NCBI GenBank assembly: GCA_030167865.1
Contig: JALAGF010000504.1
Coordinates: 1-64,000, forward strand
Reading direction: 5' to 3'
Length of the DNA: 64,000 nt
Source of the DNA: Craspedostauros australis
Taxonomy: Eukaryota
The number at the start of each line of letters is the position of its first letter. Position 1 is the stretch's first letter. A program made the position numbers and the translations under genes. This document shows positions 60,601 through 64,000 of the stretch, one piece after another. The notes under the pieces are model-generated. The model made no database searches. It was given only the letters and a program-made list of their open reading frames with translations, and was not told the DNA's origin.

Positions 60601-61950
60601 ATCCAGACCTACTGGGTGAACGTCAAGATGCGCCCAGCCAGCTCCGGATCGTCAACGAACGAAACCGACCCAGAGAGTTCCGAAAGATCCAGCAGCGACG
60701 GAAATGGTGAAGGCGGTGCCAACGGCCAAACATCCGCAGCCAAGTCCAACATGGACACCTTCGCTGTCGGCCAGAACCGCAAGATCAGACGTCTGGTGGA
60801 CTGGCAGACCGACATCCTGGCCCGTCTCCTCAAGCCGGTCGTCGCGCAGCGTGACCGCAAGGCCAACTCCAAGTACCTCAACGATCCAGCCAACGTCCTC
60901 AATAAGGAGGGCTGCGTCCTCGACGAGGTTGCGGAAACGATCGTCCTCCCCAAGTTCAACCCGCACGCCGCCAAGACCCAGGCAAACTCCGTGGCCGCTG
61001 AGCTCAGCCCTGCCGTGATGTCACAGCTTCGTGACTTCGTCGACACCATCTCAGCCGGATACCGCAACAACCCATTCCACAACTTCGAGCACGCCTCCCA
61101 CGTGACGATGTCCGCAAGCAAGCTGCTCAACAGAATCGTCATCCCCGAGGACGTGAACTACCAGCGCAAGTCCGCCAAGGCCATCGCATCCGATCTGCAC
61201 GACTACACCTACGGTATCACATCTGATCCGTTGACGCAATTCACGGTCCTCTTCTGCGCATTGATCCATGACGTTGAGCACGACGGTGTTTCGAACATGC
61301 AGCTCGCCATGGAGCAGCCGCACATGGCCGACAAGTACAAGAACCGCAGTCTTGCCGAGCAGAATTCTGTCGATGTTGCTTGGAATACCCTGATGCAGCC
61401 GGAATACCGCAACCTCCAGCAGTGCATCTTCACGAACGAGGATGAACTCGAGCGATTCCGCCAGCTCGTGGTGAACAGCGTGATGGCAACGGATATCTTC
61501 GACAAAGAGTCGAAGGCGTTGCGTAACTCTCGTTGGGACAAGGCCTTCCACAAGGACCCCCAGTCGCTGCCTCTCTCGGAGGAGGAGACGACCAACCTGA
61601 AGGCGACCATCGTCATCGAGCATATCATCCAGGCCGCAGACGTCGCCCACACCATGCAGCATTGGCACGTGTACACGAAGTGGAACGAACGTCTCTTCCA
61701 GGAGATGTACCGCGCCTACGAGAGTGGCAGATCAGCCAAGGATCCGTCGGAAGGCTGGTACAACGGCGAGCTCTGGTTCTTTGACAACTACGTCATTCCA
61801 TTGGCGAAGAAGCTGGATGAATGCAACGTGTTCGGTGTGTCGAGTGATGAAGGTTTGAACTACGCACTGGCCAACCGCAACGAATGGGCCGCGAAGGGTA
61901 AGGAGATCGTCGACGAGATGGTGCAGCGAGTCAAGCAGAAGTCACCGTAG
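57641..61950 (+). CDS. Membrane receptor-type nucleotidyl (guanylate) cyclase - phosphodiesterase fusion with CHASE-like ectodomain, 1183 aa
   Basis: join(57641..58666,59135..59960,60251..61950). Two TMs; cyclase motifs FADIAGFT, KVETIGDCY, QLFGDTVNTASRME; PDE motifs FHNFEHA, IHDVEHDG, ATD, AADV. Confidence 0.93.
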
Positions 61951-63129
61951 GATGTCTCTCTGCTTACGTAGAGCACATTTTGGGAACGCAGCAAAACGTC
62001 GTTGCACACACGACAACGCTCAACACCCCCGATAGCATAGATTGGGTGTTGTGATTGGGGAAGAATGCCTTGTGGTCTCCGAGGAAGGTTTTGACATGAA
62101 GGACGTGTCATGGAAGACAGACGGGCAAACACAAACGCACAGACAAATAAACAAGCAAACAAACATACACACGCGAAGAAAGAAAGAGAAGAGGCGAAGA
62201 TGATAGGAGGCTCCAGAGAGAGAGAGAGCGGGTGCAAGGTTGGAGTACGAATTACGCAAAGTATCGTGACACTTTGCATGCCATAGACTACTGTTATTTT
62301 CCTTTCCCCGAGCCGGGTCCATTGTGCTGGTATGATGCCGGAATTTGGCAACCAACACATGTTTGATCATGGGTGTTAGTCCAAACCCAACGAACATCAT
62401 GGTCATGAACCGCAACAAACAAGGTTGGAAAGGGAATGGGCATGTGTTCATCTGTTGTTGGTACCCTGATCTTGTATAGTGTTTCTGTATCCATGTCGTG
62501 GGCGTGTTCGTACTCGTGCTGACAGGTGCCACGATCAATGCAATCTCACGGCCTGTTGGTTCCGTTGGTTCTGTTGGCCGAAGGCAGGTGTTATTGCGTC
62601 TGCGCTCTCGGACAGGCGCTCCTGTTTGACGCGATGGAGAAAGAGCCCAGAAACATGGAACTACCGCATGGCAAATTGTCATCTGTGAGAACAAGCCTCA
62701 CTGTGCATTCGCCAGCTTGATGTACCACAATGGGCTGGCTGCGTTGCTTCGGGGGCTTGGCTTTTTTCGTTTGCATCTGCAAACGAGGCAACTCTTCATT
62801 TCTGCGCAAAGAAAAGTGACTTCCAGTCTCGGCATGCCCAACCGGGGTCATGGAGAATAGGGTACAAGTGCCGTGCTTCACACCACAGTAGTTGCCCAGC
62901 ACCCCATTGTGCATGATGCGAGTAAGACAGCAAGCAGCATGACGACACAGGCCTTGTTTGGAGCAATTGTCGTCAGTGTCAGGTCGCCAGGCCTTTGGAG
63001 GCGCGCTGAGTATGTCACGACATGTGCATTGCCGTCCATCGCATGGGCTGCTGAAAAGGCCGAATGTTGCCACATCATACCACGTAGTACGAGGCACCAT
63101 GCTTGTGGCTCGAGCAAGCCCATGGCCTC

Positions 63130-63969
63130 TCACCGCAATGGTCGGAGTTGATTGACGTAGGTGTAGCAGCTGAAGACGACGAAGAGACGTCTGTACCACA
63201 CGAACTGAGACGCGTGGGTCGCCATGGCGTTCCAATTCAACGATGGCTCGTGCAGTCGATGTGTTGTGGCTTCGTTCTGCGTCGCGCTGCAGAGACGCTC
63301 GCATGCCATTTGGTAGGGATCATCTCCGATGAGCATGCGCACTATCAACAGGAGCCATTCCAACCATGGAACGTACTTCGCAACGATGTTGCGCTGCGAC
63401 ACCAGCATAGATGCTGTGATGGGGATGGCTCGTCGCGGGGACACTTGCAACTCACAACCAGGCTTTCTCGCCGCCGTCGTCGTGGTCGCCGTCGTGGTCG
63501 TTGCATTCCGCTTCATCAGTCGTGCGACACCGTGATACGTGTCGGTATGATTGACATGGCCGGACACGCCATGTTCGTCGAATGTGATCAGATGGATTTC
63601 GGAGATGGCCGACTGAGGTTGCTGCAGGGCGTCGATCAGTGCGGATTGTATTTCGTCAGCGACATCGTGAGCATCCCATCGTTGCTTGGGATGATCCTGC
63701 AAATGATCGCGCTGCAGCACCTGCCCCTCAGCATCCGAGAGCAAGAGCTTGCCTGCTCGCGCCATTTCTTTGCAACGCACCCTTCCCAACCCATCGTAAT
63801 CGCCAGTCGTCAGACACATAATCCAGAACAAAGGCTGTTGTTGCTGTTGCTGCTGTTGCTGCTGCTGGATGAGACCGCGGATGGTGGGAACAAAGAACAT
63901 GCTCTCATCATCTGGGTGGGCAATGACGAGCACGTCAAGCCGACGATACTCTGATGGCGTCTTGACCAT
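63130..63969 (-). CDS. PIGL: N-acetylglucosaminyl-phosphatidylinositol de-N-acetylase (PIG-L/GPI12)
   Basis: IAHPDDESMFFVPTI, TGDYDGLGRVR, ITFDEHGVSGHVNH, HASQFVWYRRLF; poly-Q insert. The start may extend upstream beyond the window. Confidence 0.92.
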   Translation of the reverse strand: MVKTPSEYRRLDVLVIAHPDDESMFFVPTIRGLIQQQQQQQQQQQPLFWIMCLTTGDYDGLGRVRCKEMARAGKLLLSDAEGQVLQRDHLQDHPKQRWDAHDVADEIQSALIDALQQPQSAISEIHLITFDEHGVSGHVNHTDTYHGVARLMKRNATTTTATTTTAARKPGCELQVSPRRAIPITASMLVSQRNIVAKYVPWLEWLLLIVRMLIGDDPYQMACERLCSATQNEATTHRLHEPSLNWNAMATHASQFVWYRRLFVVFSCYTYVNQLRPLR

Positions 63970-63973
63970 TGCT

Positions 63974-63999
63974 GATGATGATGATGATGATGATGATGA
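63974..63999. repeat. (GAT)n microsatellite upstream of PIG-L
   Basis: About 8 units at the window end. Confidence 0.9.
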
Positions 64000-64000
64000 C

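Overview
Gene-dense eukaryotic nuclear DNA from a photosynthetic stramenopile, most likely a pennate diatom. Evidence: a fucoxanthin-chlorophyll protein gene with an ASAF-type plastid presequence, a TM-sensor-cyclase-PDE fusion, and a secreted PSxxPS mucin-like protein. I reconstruct about 20 protein-coding genes, 12 of them spliced. Exon boundaries were read by eye from splice sites and checked for frame. In order: secreted Cys-rich/Pro-Ser protein, RRM + CCHC-knuckle protein, V-ATPase H, small RING protein, DGAT2, RPL39, LHCF, plastid GNAT, dsRBD-like/GLEBS protein, UBL5, UBL-TM protein, MCM5, RPL24, IQM-like HSGHY protein, URB1, LEO1, RPC2, YIPF1/2, cyclase-PDE, PIG-L. The first ~3.1 kb looks non-coding. 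It holds an assembly gap and a degenerate repeat with inverted and palindromic arms. I saw no rRNA, tRNA, CRISPR array or intact transposase/RT gene. Best candidates for novelty: (1) the two-headed, disulfide-rich solenoid secreted protein; (2) a dsRBD-like protein with a BuGZ-type GLEBS tail; (3) the head-to-head LHCF/plastid acetyltransferase pair; (4) the HSGHY protein lacking a clear IQ motif; (5) the palindromic element at the window start. All family assignments come from recognising motifs; no database searches were run.
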